Part shown: in pieces, positions 10,868 to 24,207 of the stretch
How positions within the stretch are numbered: position 1 is the first letter of the stretch
How the letters are laid out: every line of letters begins with the position of its first letter
Source of the DNA: Thraustochytrium aureum
Taxonomy: Eukaryota
Reading direction: 5' to 3'
NCBI GenBank assembly: GCA_012862495.1
Contig: BLSG01000310.1
Coordinates: 77,312-141,311 of the forward strand
Length of the DNA stretch: 64,000 nucleotides
Position numbers and translations under genes: made by a program
The notes under the pieces: model-generated
Databases searched by the model: none
The model's input: only the letters and a program-made list of their open reading frames with translations
What the model was told of the DNA's origin: nothing

Positions 10868-13800
10868 ATGGAAGGCGATGCGCCTCAACGAAGGACGTCG
10901 CTGGAAGAAAAGTCAGAGACTCTCACCCCTAGAATAGACCGTCGCAGGAGCAGCGAACAGCTGTCGCAGAGCCCGACCTCGCCGAGGATCGACGAACTGC
11001 TGGATGCCGGCAATGAATCGCCGCCCAACGGCGAGTTCATGGTGATGCCCTTCCAAAGACGCCGCAGCAGCCGAGGCGGAAGGAGGACCAGCGACATGAG
11101 TATCGACTCGAGCTTTCGAAACAACGGGAGCGCGAGCGCGAGCATTACTTCTGGACGGCCGATGTTTAGCCGAAACGAAAGCAAGAGCAGCAGCAGTCTG
11201 GTTCTGTTGCGTCGGAGCGGGGCGGACGAGGATTTCCTCGACGACAGGCGCGACCCGATGTCTCGAGAAGAGATGAACCTCTTCCTGCAAAACGAGGCCG
11301 TCAAGCTTTCGCAGGCGCGGGCATCCGGTCCGCTCGGCAATCGGCCAAACGACGATTTGTGGTCGCCGGGGGCCCTACCGCGCTCCACAACACCCAAAGA
11401 CATCCGAAAGCTCGTATCGTTCGTGCCCGAGCAGCTGTTGCCCTTCTTGCGCGAAGAAGGGCCCCTGGCGCCTGCCCACAGCACGACGTTCAGCGTCGTG
11501 ATGCTGGCAGACATCTCTGGGTTCACCAAGCTTAGCGAAAAGTATTGCGCGATGGGACCTGAAGGCGTCGACCGCCTCAGCGAGTTGATCAGCGACTTTC
11601 TCGGGGAGTTGATCAGTTTGGTGCAGTCGTACAAAGGCGATATTGTGGGGTTTCGCAGGGGATGCGCTTATCATCACCTGGCCCACTTCGGAGCGCCTCG
11701 TAGACGGCGTGCTGATCAACCCGAGCACGCAGTGCATTGAGCAGACGCTTCGAGTATTCAAGTGCGGGCTGGAGCTCGCCCAGCTTTCGCGGCAAGGGCT
11801 GACGCTGCATCTTGGAATAGCGAGCGGCCCCATCACGTTTTGCGTGCTCGGGGAAGACCCGCAGGACACAGGATGGTGCTGCCTCGCCGTAGGCGAGCCT
11901 ATTCTTCGAATGGGTGACGCAGAGCGGCACGCCGGGAGCCAGGAGGTTGTGGTTGCAAAGGAAACGTACGACACCGTGGATACCTTTTGCGCAGGCGAGG
12001 GCGTTGAGGAAGAGCGGTCCGTTTCCAAGTCTGCACTAGGAAGCCCGGACCGCAAGCGCGGTCTCGTACTGCTCAAGAACGTGACCAAACCCGAGTCGAT
12101 GGCATGGGTGCAAGGCGAGCCGGAGACAGCAGGTCAGCTGGCTGGTGAAGCCTTCGGAGGAATGGCCGATTTCTCGCAAAAGCTGTTTTGCTTCATCCCG
12201 AACCCTGCGCTTGAGGTGCTACGTGCAAACGGCCAGTACCTGAACGAGTACCGCAAGCGTGTGAGCGTTTTGTTCGTCATGTTGGACGGATTTCCCATCG
12301 ACATTTTCGACCCCGCCACCGCCGGAGCGGTCGTGCACCGCACTTTCCAGGACATACTTATTGAGCTGCGCCGCGTGCTGTCCTCATACAACGGTCTTAT
12401 GCGCCAGTTCATCATCGACGACAAGGGGTGCGTTTTTATCGCTTGCTTTGGCGTCGCAGGGCACACGCACCGCGACGACCCAGCTCGCGCTCTGGGCTGC
12501 GGCCTCTCCATGTCGCAGGCCGCAGAGTCGCGCGGGGTCCGCACATTCATCGGGCTCACAACAGGTGCCGCCTTCTGCGGGGCAGTGGGCAGCGTGGCCC
12601 GACGCGAGTACGCCATGGTCGGCCGCGACGTCAACTTGGCTGCGCGGCTCATGAGCCTGGGCCGCAAAGAAGCCTTTGACCGCAAGCTCTTCTCCATGCT
12701 ATTGCTCGACGAGACGACGTACAACGAAACGCGTGTCGAGCCGCACTACAGCTTTGAGGCCCTCGCTCCGGTGCGGCTGAAAGGCTCCGAAAAGCTGGTC
12801 AACGTGTACCGCGCCAAGCAAGATAGCCGCGCAATTGTTGGGCATCGCGAGTCGTACCAGATTCGTGCGCAGCACCAGCCGCTCGTCGCCAGGGAGGCGC
12901 AGTGCAAGACTGTGCTTGACGCAATCCTGGAATGCACGGAGAGGCTCGCCTTGCTGCAGAGGAGCGACCAGGCGTCGGGCAAGTTGGGTGCAGACATGGC
13001 GGCTTCTGGCAAGTGGGCTTCCGACAAATCGTCTGCCAGCAAGTCGTCTTCCAGCAAGTCGTCTTCCACCAAGTCGGCCAAGCGTCACGTCAAAGCGCGC
13101 CGCGATTCGTATGCAGGAACGGCTGGGTGCGTTTGCATCGTCGAAGGTGGCCAGGGGATCGGCAAGTCGTGTGTCGTTGAGAACGCCAGAGCTCGGGCCG
13201 AAGACGCCGGCGTGGTGACCGCCTACACCAAGGCGCTCTCCAATGGGCGCGAGACTCCATATGTTGTCTTGCGCCAGATATTTTGGCTCCTTCTCGACGT
13301 CGATGTCGACAGCGACGAAACCGCAGTCAACTTTGTCTCAACCAAGTCAACCTCGAGCACTGGCACCTCAAGAGGGGCGCAAAAGCGCAGTGACCAGGCA
13401 GTCAAGGCGGAACTCGAGCAAATCCGCAAGGAACGCTTTTTGGCCCTTCTGCACGCCGCGGCGGTCCAGCACGTCAAGGCGGAAGCGCTGCGCGAGAGTC
13501 TTCACGGAGCCCAGATCGGTTCGAGCACAAGTAGCACCACCACGCGTGGGAGCAGGCCCCGCTCCCTCTCCCAGACGATCAGGGAGTGGGGCCAAGGAAG
13601 CGGCGAGGCTTCCAGCGACAAGAAGACCTACAAGCGGTCGCCGTGGCCCCTTGGCCGCACTTTGTCGCGAGGCAGCGAGGCAAGCCCAAGGGCCAAGCAA
13701 AGCGAAGAGCGCCGGCGAGTGCGCCGCTCAAGCGACCCCAACGTGAGCTCGTACGCGAGCAGCTCAGAAGAGCAGTTCCGGTTTGCACACGAGGCGACCG

Positions 13801-16075
13801 TGGGAAAGGCGGGCAAGAGCAATTCGATCGGTCTCCCTCCTTCGGAATCGAGTTCCTTCCACAAACAGAGCGTGGAGAGCACAGAATTTCCGCGCCTCGT
13901 AAACGAGGCCGACCCTGGAGGCGCTGCCGAGTCGCGCTATGCCGAAACGGTGCTCTTTCCATTTCTGAAGAACATCCTCCGCATCTCGTGGAAGCTTGAC
14001 GGGCACATGGGTGGCGGCGCACCCCCGTTCTCCGCGCAGACCGAAGACAGCCTGGCTTCATCCGCGCAGTACATGATCAACCTCACGCTGTGCGTTCTGC
14101 TCGAGCGGTTCAGGGGAAAGACGCTCGCCATTTTCCTCGATGACGCCGAGGCCATCGATAGCCTGTCGGGAAGGGCCTTGGGGATCTTGCTGCGGTCGAG
14201 GGTCGCTGCAGTCGCCATCGTGCTGACCCAAAAGCCGGTGGACCAGCCCCCAGACTGGCAGAGCGAGCTCACGATGGAGTTTCGAACGTTGCGCGTCGAG
14301 GTGCTCGCGCTGGACCGCGCTGACCTCCTCAAGCTTATCGACGAGGTGGCCGACGGGATCGACTTCAAGCAGAGCGTGAAGGACTTTATCATCGAGCAGA
14401 GCCACGGCAACCCGGGCCACGCGTTCGAGCTTGCAAAGAGTATTCGTGAGTCGGAGGACGATGCGCTCGTGGAGAACACGGCTATGATAATCGAGCGTGC
14501 CGTGCAAGCGCGCTTTGACCGCCTGGCGGATACGCACCGAGCCCTATTGAAGACGGCCGCGGTGATCGGCAACGTCTTTCCGCTCAACTGCCTGCAGAGC
14601 ATGGTTCCTCGATGCATTTCGCGCAAGGGCGGGGAGGCGCTCAGCACGGTTCTGAACGACCTCGTCTCGAGCGAGTGGCTCGATGTATTAGACGACAGCG
14701 ACGAGGTCCTGTACACGTTTCGCAGCGAGCAGGCGCGAGACATTTGCTACAACCTCAACACCTCGCGAAACCTCAAGATGCTCCACCTGCTAGCTGCGCA
14801 GTACTTTCAGAAAACGTACGACGAGGACCTGCGGCCGTTTTTTGGCCTGCTGTCGCACCACTACAAGCAGTCCCAGCAGGACACGATGGCGCTCAAGTTT
14901 TTCGCTTACTCGTTCCGCCTCAATCTCAATATTGGCGCCATCCCTGAAGCGTACGGCATCCTCGAGAGCATCATCGACCTCAACCTCGATCCGGCCAAGC
15001 TCCTCGAAGCCCTCCGCGAGATCCAGGAGACAGTGGAGAGCCATGCCAGTAAGACGACCAATTTGGAGTTTGCCGATGCGTTCNNNNNNNNNNNNNNNNN
15101 NNNNNNNNNNNNNNNNNNNNNNNNNNNNNNNNNNNNNNNNNNNNNNNNNNNNNNNNNNNNNNNNNNNNNNNNNNNNNNNNNNNNNNNNNNNNNNNNNNNN
15201 NNNNNNNNNNNNNNNNNNNNNNNNNNNNNNNNNNNNNNNNNNNNNNNNNNNNNNNNNNNNNNNNNNNNNNNNNNNNNNNNNNNNNNNNNNNNNNNNNNNN
15301 NNNNNNNNNNNNNNNNNNNNNNNNNNNNNNNNNNNNNNNNNNNNNNNNNNNNNNNNNNNNNNNNNNNNNNNNNNNNNNNNNNNNNNNNNNNNNNNNNNNN
15401 NNNNNNNNNNNNNNNNNNNNNNNNNNNNNNNNNNNNNNNNNNNNNNNNNNNNNNNNNNNNNNNNNNNNNNNNNNNNNNNNNNNNNNNNNNNNNNNNNNNN
15501 NNNNNNNNNNNNNNNNNNNNNNNNNNNNNNNNNNNNNNNNNNNNNNNNNNNNNNNNNNNNNNNNNNNNNNNNNNNNNNNNNNNNNNNNNNNNNNNNNNNN
15601 NNNNNNNNNNNNNNNNNNNNNNNNNNNNNNNNNNNNNNNNNNNNNNNNNNNNNNNNNNNNNNNNNNNNNNNNNNNNNNNNNNNNNNNNNNNNNNNNNNNN
15701 NNNNNNNNNNNNNNNNNNNNNNNNNNNNNNNNNNNNNNNNNNNNNNNNNNNNNNNNNNNNNNNNNNNNNNNNNNNNNNNNNNNNNNNNNNNNNNNNNNNN
15801 NNNNNNNNNNNNNNNNNNNNNNNNNNNNNNNNNNNNNNNNNTTCCTGCCCTGCATGATGGAGTTTATCGCCATGCAGTCCCTGCGCTGTCGATGGAACTC
15901 GACGTGGTACGCGAACCTCGAAAGGTCCGCGAGTGCTGACGTAGCGCAACTCGGGCCGGGTGCGCTGTTCAACCCCGAGTCCGAGATTCCGAATGCCGTG
16001 GTGGACCGGGAGCTGGGCCCAATCGTCAGGTCGGCACCGCCGCGCCCGTCGCTCGCCCTGTGGAGCAGCACGTAG
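10868..16075 (+). CDS. Soluble adenylyl cyclase (ADCY10)-type class III cyclase: two catalytic domains plus STAND/AAA P-loop domain (frame break ~11651; gap 15084-15841; 3' end inferred)
   Basis: VMLADISGFTKLSE, GDIVGFAGDA (after removing 1 nt), LHLGIASG, QFIIDDKG, REYAMVGRDVNLAARLM, PVRLKG, P-loop IVEGGQGIGKS, IFLDDAEAID, SHGNP, LLKTAAVIG. Confidence 0.9.
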
Positions 16076-16208
16076 CGGTCGTTGCGTTCGAGGTACCCGT
16101 CGCCTCAACAAAAGCTTCCTGTTGACCAAAACCAGCGAAAAATGATTGTTTTCATCATCAAACTTGGCTGTCGAGGATAGAAGCCACGGCGCAGCAGGCC
16201 GCCTACCT

Positions 16209-17801
16209 CTAGCGCTCGCGCGGGGCGGCACGAATCTGGGAGTCTACGCGCAAAATAACCTCGGCAGCCTCAGCAGCGGCCATCATGACGTGCTCCTTGA
16301 GCTTGAACGACTCGTAGATGCCGAGCTCGATCATGTCGCCAACCTTACCGTTGTACATGTCGAGCCCCTTGGTCTTTTCCCCGTTGTGGTGCGCTACCCG
16401 GAGCTGCTGAACGAGTTCGGCAGAGTCGTAGCCACCGTTGTCGGCAAGCGTGGTGGGCAGCGCGCGCAGCGCTTTGGCAAAGGCCTCGATGGCGAGGGCC
16501 TTCTTGCCAACCGTCTTGGGCACAAGCTCGTCGACGGCCTCGGCCATGAGCATCTCGGCGCAGCCACCTCCGAGGGTGACGCGCGTCTCCTTGGCGGTCT
16601 GCGAGAGGACGGCGAGGGCATCGTGCAAGGACCGCTCCGCCTCGTCCAAGACGTGGCTGCTCGCCCCGCGCAGAACAATCGAGCAAGCGGCGCCGCTCTT
16701 TACGCCGCTAAAGCGCAGGAGGCGCTGCTCGCCGATGATGATTTCCTCAATGAGGTCGGCCTCGCCGAGCGTGACCAGCTCCGGGTGGTCGAAGGTGGAA
16801 ACCAGCTCCCCGCCGGTCACAGTAGAGAGGCGCTCAACGCCGTCAAAGTCGGCGTGCTCGATGGCCATGATCCCGGCATCAGCGAAGAGCTGCTCTGGGT
16901 AGTTGTAGATGAGCTGGCGGTTGATGAAGACGTTGATGCCGTGCGCCTTGATCTTGTCGACCTTTGCTTTCATCTTCTTCTTCTCCTCCTCCTCGATCTC
17001 GGCAACCTTGTCCATGCTGTCCACCTTGACGCGCGAGCCGTAGATCTTGATCTTGTCCGTGTCCATTGGCGTGTTGGCGATGAGGATCTTGGCCTTCTCG
17101 ATGCGCTTGGGCTGGCCCACGCCGATCTTCTTGTCCAGGAGAAAGCCTTCTTCGAGGTAACTCTGCTCGAGAGAGCCGCCAGGCATTTTGATCACTTGAA
17201 TCAGATTGAGATCCGTCGAGCCGTTCAGGCGCAGCACGGCGTCCACGGCCAGCGTGGCGAACTTCATCTTGTCCTTGTTGAGGAGCTTGGACGAGAGCGT
17301 GGTGGCAGCGATCTTGAGCAGGTCCTCCCTGAACTTGACGGGGTCGGCGCCGTTGTCCATGGCCGAGTCGATCAGTGCCTTGCGGGCGGCCTCGACCGCG
17401 AGCCGCCAGCCGTCCATGATGGTCATTGGGTGCACGCGCTGGTCGACGAGAATCTCGGCCTGCCGGAGGAGCTCGCCAGCGAGGACGACCACGCTCGTGG
17501 TCCCGTCGCCGATTTCGTCGTCCTGAGTTTTGCTCATGTCGACGAGGACCTTGGCGGCGGGGTTGTCGATGTGGATCGACTTGAGGATGGTTGCCCCATC
17601 GTTTGTGATCTGGACGTCACCGGTGCTCATGGACTGCAGCACCTTGTCCATTCCTTTGGGCCCCAGCGTGCTCTTGACGAGGTCTGCGATCGCGATCGCC
17701 CCCACGAACGCGCTCATGCGCGAGTTCTCCCCGCGGTCCACCGTCGCCTGTCCATCCAGGACACTAGCCTGCAATCCATCGTCGTCGCGCATCACGCCCA
17801 T
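16209..17801 (-). CDS. CCT2: T-complex protein 1 subunit beta (CCT/TRiC chaperonin)
   Basis: Intact 530 aa ORF with [77 protein letters not shown]. Confidence 0.97.
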   Translation of the reverse strand: MGVMRDDDGLQASVLDGQATVDRGENSRMSAFVGAIAIADLVKSTLGPKGMDKVLQSMSTGDVQITNDGATILKSIHIDNPAAKVLVDMSKTQDDEIGDGTTSVVVLAGELLRQAEILVDQRVHPMTIMDGWRLAVEAARKALIDSAMDNGADPVKFREDLLKIAATTLSSKLLNKDKMKFATLAVDAVLRLNGSTDLNLIQVIKMPGGSLEQSYLEEGFLLDKKIGVGQPKRIEKAKILIANTPMDTDKIKIYGSRVKVDSMDKVAEIEEEEKKKMKAKVDKIKAHGINVFINRQLIYNYPEQLFADAGIMAIEHADFDGVERLSTVTGGELVSTFDHPELVTLGEADLIEEIIIGEQRLLRFSGVKSGAACSIVLRGASSHVLDEAERSLHDALAVLSQTAKETRVTLGGGCAEMLMAEAVDELVPKTVGKKALAIEAFAKALRALPTTLADNGGYDSAELVQQLRVAHHNGEKTKGLDMYNGKVGDMIELGIYESFKLKEHVMMAAAEAAEVILRVDSQIRAAPRER

Positions 17802-18408
17802 CCGTCAGCCGGCGCCATCCACACGCCCGCACCCAATCCACAGCCGCACAACTTACCGGATCCGCCATCTGGCCCTTGGGTAGGTTGGTCTCCAACCACA
17901 ACCACGAACAAAACACCACAANNNNNNNNNNNNNNNNNNNNNNNNNNNNNNNNNNNNNNNNNNNNNNNNNNNNNNNNNNNNNNNNNNNNNNNNNNNNNNN
18001 NNNNNNNNNNNNNNNNNNNNNNNNNNNNNNNNNNNNNNNNNNNNNNNNNNNNNNNNNNNNNNNNNNNNNNNNNNNNNNNNNNNNNNNNNNNNNNNNNNNN
18101 NNNNNNNNNNNNNNNNNNNNNNNNNNNNNNNNNNNNNNNNNNNNNNNNNNNNNNNNNNNNNNNNNNNNNNNNNNNNNNNNNNNNNNNNNNNNNNNNNNNN
18201 NNNNNNNNNNNNNNNNNNNNNNNNNNNNNNNNNNNNNNNNNNNNNNNNNNNNNNNNNNNNNNNNNNNNNNNNNNNNNNNNNNNNNNNNNNNNNNNNNNNN
18301 NNNNNNNNNNNNNNNNNNNNNNNNNNNNNNNNNNNNNNNNNNNNNNNNNNNNNNNNNNNNNNNNNNNNNNNNNNNNNNNNNNNNNNNNNNNNNNNNNNNN
18401 CTAGCTAG

Positions 18409-18938
18409 CTAGAGGTGGAGGCTGAGGAAGAGCTGGCCCACAAAGATGAGAAAGTGCCACATCGAGTGGTAGACGTGGTAGCACTCCTCCTGGTGCTTTT
18501 TGAACCAAAAGGCGGCCGCGACTATGACGCCGCTCAGCACCTTGCCGCCAAGGCCAAGCGCAGGAAAGGCCACAGGGAAGGTGAATACAAAGGCTACTAT
18601 CGCAGCCACCTTGTCCACAACCAGCTGCCAGTGCACCTGCTCCGTGTTGTAGTGGTAGAGAAACGACGACATGCAGCTGAAGACGACTGCCACCGAGGCG
18701 ACCAGGTATCCAGCAGTAACGTACACGTAGGCCGGGGCAACAAGAGCAGGTTTGTCCACACCAACGGGCTCGAGCAGCAGCGGGTGTTTTCGCAGCTCCA
18801 CTGCGGCTCGCAGTTGATCGCGCACTTGAAGTCATGCTTGAGCGAGAACGTGCTTGAGGTCAGCTCGTCCGCAGCATCCCTCAGGAACAAGACGCCCTTG
18901 TGCGGCAGGGTCCCGTGCAGCAGTTTCAACGCGTTCAT
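18409..18938 (-). CDS. Small CREST-superfamily (TMEM8/myomaker/ceramidase-like) membrane protein (frame break ~18735)
   Basis: SSFLYH (SxxxH), VVDK and YHSMWH (HxxWH) in a hydrophobic ORF. Joining ORFs 18597..18938 and 18409..18825 gives WTNLLLLPPAY, resembling the TMEM8 SNLxFLP motif. Confidence 0.65.
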
Positions 18939-19726
18939 CCTCGCTTGCCAACGAACAGAATTATCGCGTCCAACAGCACCCGGACCTCCCCAACCGCGTC
19001 GACCAGCGCGCTAACCGCGGCCTCCTCCCCGCCAACTGCGCCGCAGCGTCGAAACTCCTCTCGAGGCCGAGGGCTCTGCTCGCATGGCCCGGCTGCCTGC
19101 CAGTCTGCTGACCGTTCTTGCTGTCCGCTCGCTTCCTGCACGTGCCAGCGCCCACTGTGGTGTGCGAACGGCCACGTTCGATACACCGTGTCGATAACAC
19201 ATCTCTACATAGCAGCGAGGTGCAGGCCGGTCAAAACCAGGACCCGTCCGGCCCTCCACACCGCCCGTGTTACGTACGCGGCCGGGCCGTACGCTACGCC
19301 GACGCAGGCCGCTGCGTCAGCTTCCCACTCGGGTCCCTCGGCGTAGCTAACGCAGAGGGTCCGCGTAGCCAACGGCGTGAGCGCGTAAGTAACGGGGATC
19401 GGTGTTAATAAAGAGGTCCCTGTTCTGCTTGAAATCAAGAGGGCGGTCAACGCGCGGCAGCGGCAGAGCGCGAAGGAGAGCGGCGCTTGGCGCAGCTGCG
19501 CGTCTCGGGGCGACTCGCGCGGTGCGCCCCCCGGCTCTGCCTCGCGCCCTACGGCCTGCTGTGGCGCCCGCTCGCTGGGCGCGGCACGCACTCGGCTCTG
19601 CGGCGCTCGCGCCAAAAAACCGGTCAAGAAAAGAGGAAAAACCATAGTCTTACTCCGATCACAGCCCGGACGGCTTGCGGCTAGGCGCGAGCGGGACGGG
19701 CCGCGCGGCTGCGGTGGACGCACAGG

Positions 19727-22700
19727 ATGGCGGCGGCTAGTGGGAACCACCGCGCGGGACACAAGATCTCGGATAAGTACACGCTGGGCGAAGAGCTCGG
19801 AAGGGGCGGGTTTGGGACCGTGTTTGCATGCAGAAATTCGGAGACTGGCGAAACGGTGGCGGTGAAAAGGATCGGGCTTCGGAACCTGTCGAAGGAGAGC
19901 CTCAACTTGATCGAGCAAGAGGTCTCGCTGCTCAAGAAACTAGACCACCCAAACATTGTCAAGTACATCGACACAGTTCGCACGCACGACCACCTGCACA
20001 TAGTGCTCGAGTTTATGGAGAATGGCTCATTAGCGCGAAACCTCAAGCTTTTCGGAACCCTCTCGCAGTCGCTCTGCGCGCTCTACATCCGCCAGGTACT
20101 CGTCGGGCTCGGGTACCTGCACGACCAGGGCGTGATCCACCGCGATATCAAGGGCGCCAACATTCTCACCACAAAGTCCGGCCTCGTCAAGCTGGCCGAC
20201 TTTGGCGTGGCCACGCACACCTCGGCGCAGACCAACGAGGTTGTTGGCACGCCCTACTGGATGGCGCCGGAGATCATTGAGATGTCGGGCCCAACAACGG
20301 CCTGCGACATTTGGTAAGTCTTGCTTGGCCAACGTGCCTGCCCGCGCAAGGTGCAGTTTGCTTCCCACGGCTGCCCTTGCCACCGCGCCACGCTGTGCGC
20401 CTCGCTGACACCCTGGTCTTCCTCTGGCCCGATTCGCGCTTTTCAGGAGCGTTGGGTGCACCATTGTGGAGCTCCTCACCCTCAAGCCGCCATACTTTGA
20501 CATCCCCCCGATGGCGGCCCTCTATCGCATCGTCCAGGACGAGCACCCTCCGCTACCGGAAGGCATCAGCCCCGCGCTGCGCGAGTTCCTCCTCCTCTGC
20601 TTCAAAAAAGAGCCCCTCCTCCGCAGCTCCGCCAAGGACCTCCTGCGCCATCGCTGGGTCCACAAAGCGCGAGGGATCCACGAGCCAAAGTTCGTACGCG
20701 CAGATGGCTTCGAGGAGCCCCTTGACGACGATGATGACGACGAGGAAGAGGAGGAGGAGGGCGANNNNNNNNNNNNNNNNNNNNNNNNNNNNNNNNNNNN
20801 NNNNNNNNNNNNNNNNNNNNNNNNNNNNNNNNNNNNNNNNNNNNNNNNNNNNNNNNNNNNNNNNNNNNNNNNNNNNNNNNNNNNNNNNNNNNNNNNNNNN
20901 NNNNNNNNNNNNNNNNNNNNNNNNNNNNNNNNNNNNNNNNNNNNNNNNNNNNNNNNNNNNNNNNNNNNNNNNNNNNNNNNNNNNNNNNNNNNNNNNNNNN
21001 NNNNNNNNNNNNNNNNNNNNNNNNNNNNNNNNNNNNNNNNNNNNNNNNNNNNNNNNNNNNNNNNNNNNNNNNNNNNNNNNNNNNNNNNNNNNNNNNNNNN
21101 NNNNNNNNNNNNNNNNNNNNNNNNNNNNNNNNNNNNNNNNNNNNNNNNNNNNNNNNNNNNNNNNNNNNNNNNNNNNNNNNNNNNNNNNNNNNNNNNNNNN
21201 NNNNNNNNNNNNNNNNNNNNNNNNNNNNNNNNNNNNNNNNNNNNNNNNNNNNNNNNNNNNNNNNNNNNNNNNNNNNNNNNNNNNNNNNNNNNNNNNNNNN
21301 NNNNNNNNNNNNNNNNNNNNNNNNNNNNNNNNNNNNNNNNNNNNNNNNNNNNNNNNNNNNNNNNNNNNNNNNNNNNNNNNNNNNNNNNNNNNNNNNNNNN
21401 NNNNNNNNNNNNNNNNNNNNNNNNNNNNNNNNNNNNNNNNNNNNNNNNNNNNNNNNNNNNNNNNNNNNNNNNNNNNNNNNNNNNNNNNNNNNNNNNNNNN
21501 NNNNNNNNNNNNNNNNNNNNNNNNNNNNNNNNNNNNNNNNNNNNNNNNNNNNNNNNNNNNNNNNNNNNNNNNNNNNNNNNNNNNNAGCGTGGGGGAGTTG
21601 GACCTGGACGACATCGACGGAGCGTTCGGCGAAGAGGGCAGCGGCGCCACTCTGGCAAACGAAAGCGCCCCAAACGCCGAGAACGCAAAGCTAGAGTCAC
21701 GCCTAGCCCGCTTTCGCGAGTCCGAAGAACCAGAGGCCGGCTTTCTGGAGCTCGGACTCGACTCCGTGGCCCCGGGCCACCTGGTAAGCACGGGTGGGGA
21801 CGCGGTGGGAAAGCCCGGCTTTAGCGGCTCAAAAACGGCGGGCAGCGGCTCAGACGACGTCCTCGAAGTGCTCAAGCGCAGGATGCTCGCCGTCTCTCAC
21901 CAGACCTCAAAGCCGACCGCAGGCGCGGCGCAGGACGCAGAGGCGGGCGAGGCGGGCGGGCCGCAGAGCGACCCGTTTATGGCCGAGTTTGAAGACGACG
22001 AGGACGACGAGCGCGACTTCGTGGAAGATGCGGGCCGCTCGCTCGTCGCGCAGCAGACGCAGCAGGTGGAGAAGCTGATCAGCATGCTGCGCCCTGACAA
22101 GGACGACGGCACCGTTCTCGCAGCTTGCGCCAAGCTGACGACGCTGTTTCGCGAGCAGCCGGCGCAGCGCCGCACGCTCCTGACCCACCACGGGGTAATC
22201 CCGATCATGGAGATGCTCGAAATGTCCAATACCGAGGTCCTGCACGCCGTGCTCAAGGTCGTTGGCCAAATCATCGAAAACGACCGCGAGTTCCAGGAGC
22301 TCTTGTCGCTGGCTGGCCTCATCCCGATCGTGGCCCGCTTTTGCCGGCCCGAAGTGAGCCGCCCGATCCGCCTGCAGGCCGCGTCGCTTGTCAAGCAGTT
22401 TCTCAAGACGAGTGGGGTCACGCTGCAGATGCTGGTGGCTTGCGGTGGGCTCCCCATCCTCGCGGGCCTCCTCGTGCCTTGCTCGGGCACCGCGGGCAGC
22501 CCAGACGGCCAGGCGCTTGCAGGCCCTCGGGACAGGGGGCTCCGCGGCGGGGCTGGGAGCCCTGATGCCGAACTTGTCGACCGCGAAAGCCAGTACCGGC
22601 GTGCTGACGCTGGCCCGGCGGACGTGGCGCTCGGCTGCGTCGCTGTCGAGGGCATCCAGCGCGTATTCGAGCTCAGTCGGCTCGGCTCGGGGGGCGGCGC

Positions 22701-24207
22701 CATCCCGAAGAACGACTTTTGCCGCTTGTTTGCCAAGGAGGGCGTGCTCCGTCGCTTGGTGGCGCTCTTGGAGCACTGCCGCACCCCTCAGGGCGAGACG
22801 GAGTGCGCGGTGCTGGGCTTTGAGGCCAGCGGCCTGATCAGCGAGATCGCCGAGGTCCTGCTCGTCTTTTCCCACGGTGACAGCGTTGTCAAGCACCACT
22901 TTGCCGACCATGCCGTCCTCGAGGGTATCCTGCGGACCCTCACGCTCGAGGCCCCGTTCAGCGGGAGCAACAGCAGGCACCGCGGGTCTTCGCAGGCCTC
23001 GAGCCAGGCCGGCGCGGCGAGCCCGGGTGCCGCCACGCGCACGGGGACCGTGGCGCTCGCGGAGGACGAGATCGGGCCGCTCGTCAAGACCCTGCTCAAG
23101 TGCATCAAGAATCTCTGCATGGAGCCCTCGGTGCTGGAGACGCTCGAGGCAGCGGGTGCGATCCCAACACTCGTCCCCTTCTTGTCCTACTGCTCAAGCA
23201 TGAGCAAGCTGAGCGCGAGCAGCCAGCAAGCAGCCGAGAGCGCCGCAGCTCGCCACTCGGCCAGGCGCGGGGGCGCCGGCGGCCTCGACCAACGTGCCAC
23301 GCTGAAACGGCACAACTCGTTCGTCCCTGGACGGCAGCTGGGCCTGCGCAAGAGCAGCTCGTCAAGGAGATCCAAAAANNNNNNNNNNNNNNNNNNNNNN
23401 NNNNNNNNNNNNNNNNNNNNNNNNNNNNNNNNNNNNNNNNNNNNNNNNNNNNNNNNNNNNNNNNNNNNNNNNNNNNNNNNNNNNNNNNNNNNNNNNNNNN
23501 NNNNNNNNNNNNNNNNNNNNNNNNNNNNNNNNNNNNNNNNNNNNNNNNNNNNNNNNNNNNNNNNNNNNNNNNNNNNNNNNNNNNNNNNNNNNNNNNNNNN
23601 NNNNNNNNNNNNNNNNNNNNNNNNNNNNNNNNNNNNNNNNNNNNNNNNNNNNNNNNNNNNNNNNNNNCACACTTCCGACTTGACCAGAGACCAGTTGTGG
23701 CGTTGCGACGCGCTCGACTTTTACCTCGACCTGTTGGTGAGCGGCGACGTGTTTTGGCAGGAAAAGGCCTTCAGCTCGCTGGGGGCCTGGCTTTCCAAGG
23801 CGACGCCAGAGGTGGAGCGCGCCATGCTGCGCCCGCGCAGCTTGCAGCGCCTCGTCGCCCTGTTCCAGTCGGCGCAAGGCACCAACTTTGAAAACTATGT
23901 CAAGGAGCTGCTCGTCATGCTGACGCGCTCCAACAAGCTGTCGGAGGCGATCGGCCGCTCGGGCTTGTTTATGGCCGAGCTGGTGGCGCGGCTTAGCTTT
24001 CCAAAGGCCGAGGTCCGCATCAACTTGCTCAAGACGCTCAAGGTGATCGGGGAGCGGCACCAGGACCTCGAGCACCTTGTGTTGGAGCACAACCTCTTTG
24101 CAGTGGTCTCCAACTTGGCCAAGCAGGCGCAGGACTCGCACCGCGTCCTGGTGGTTGAGATCGCCAACCAGCTCCTGGACGAGTGGCGCGCCGCGCTCCT
24201 GGCGTAG
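19727..24207 (+). CDS. STE-group Ser/Thr kinase of the Cdc15/S. pombe Cdc7/MAP3K-epsilon type with C-terminal ARM-like repeats; 2 exons; two gaps
   Basis: [46 protein letters not shown]. Splicing restores [38 protein letters not shown]-terminal [11 protein letters not shown] and PKNDFCRLF. Confidence 0.9.
20314..20446 (+). other. Spliceosomal intron (133 nt) in the kinase gene
   Basis: GTAAGT donor, GCTGAC branch-like site at ~20404, pyrimidine tract and TTTCAG acceptor. Removal restores the DIWS motif in frame. Confidence 0.93.

Noticed and set aside
16146..18404. 752-aa plus-strand ORF and similar long antisense ORFs (e.g. 43045..44079, 52488..54440)
   Set aside because: Antisense shadows of GC-rich genes, or inflated by N runs.
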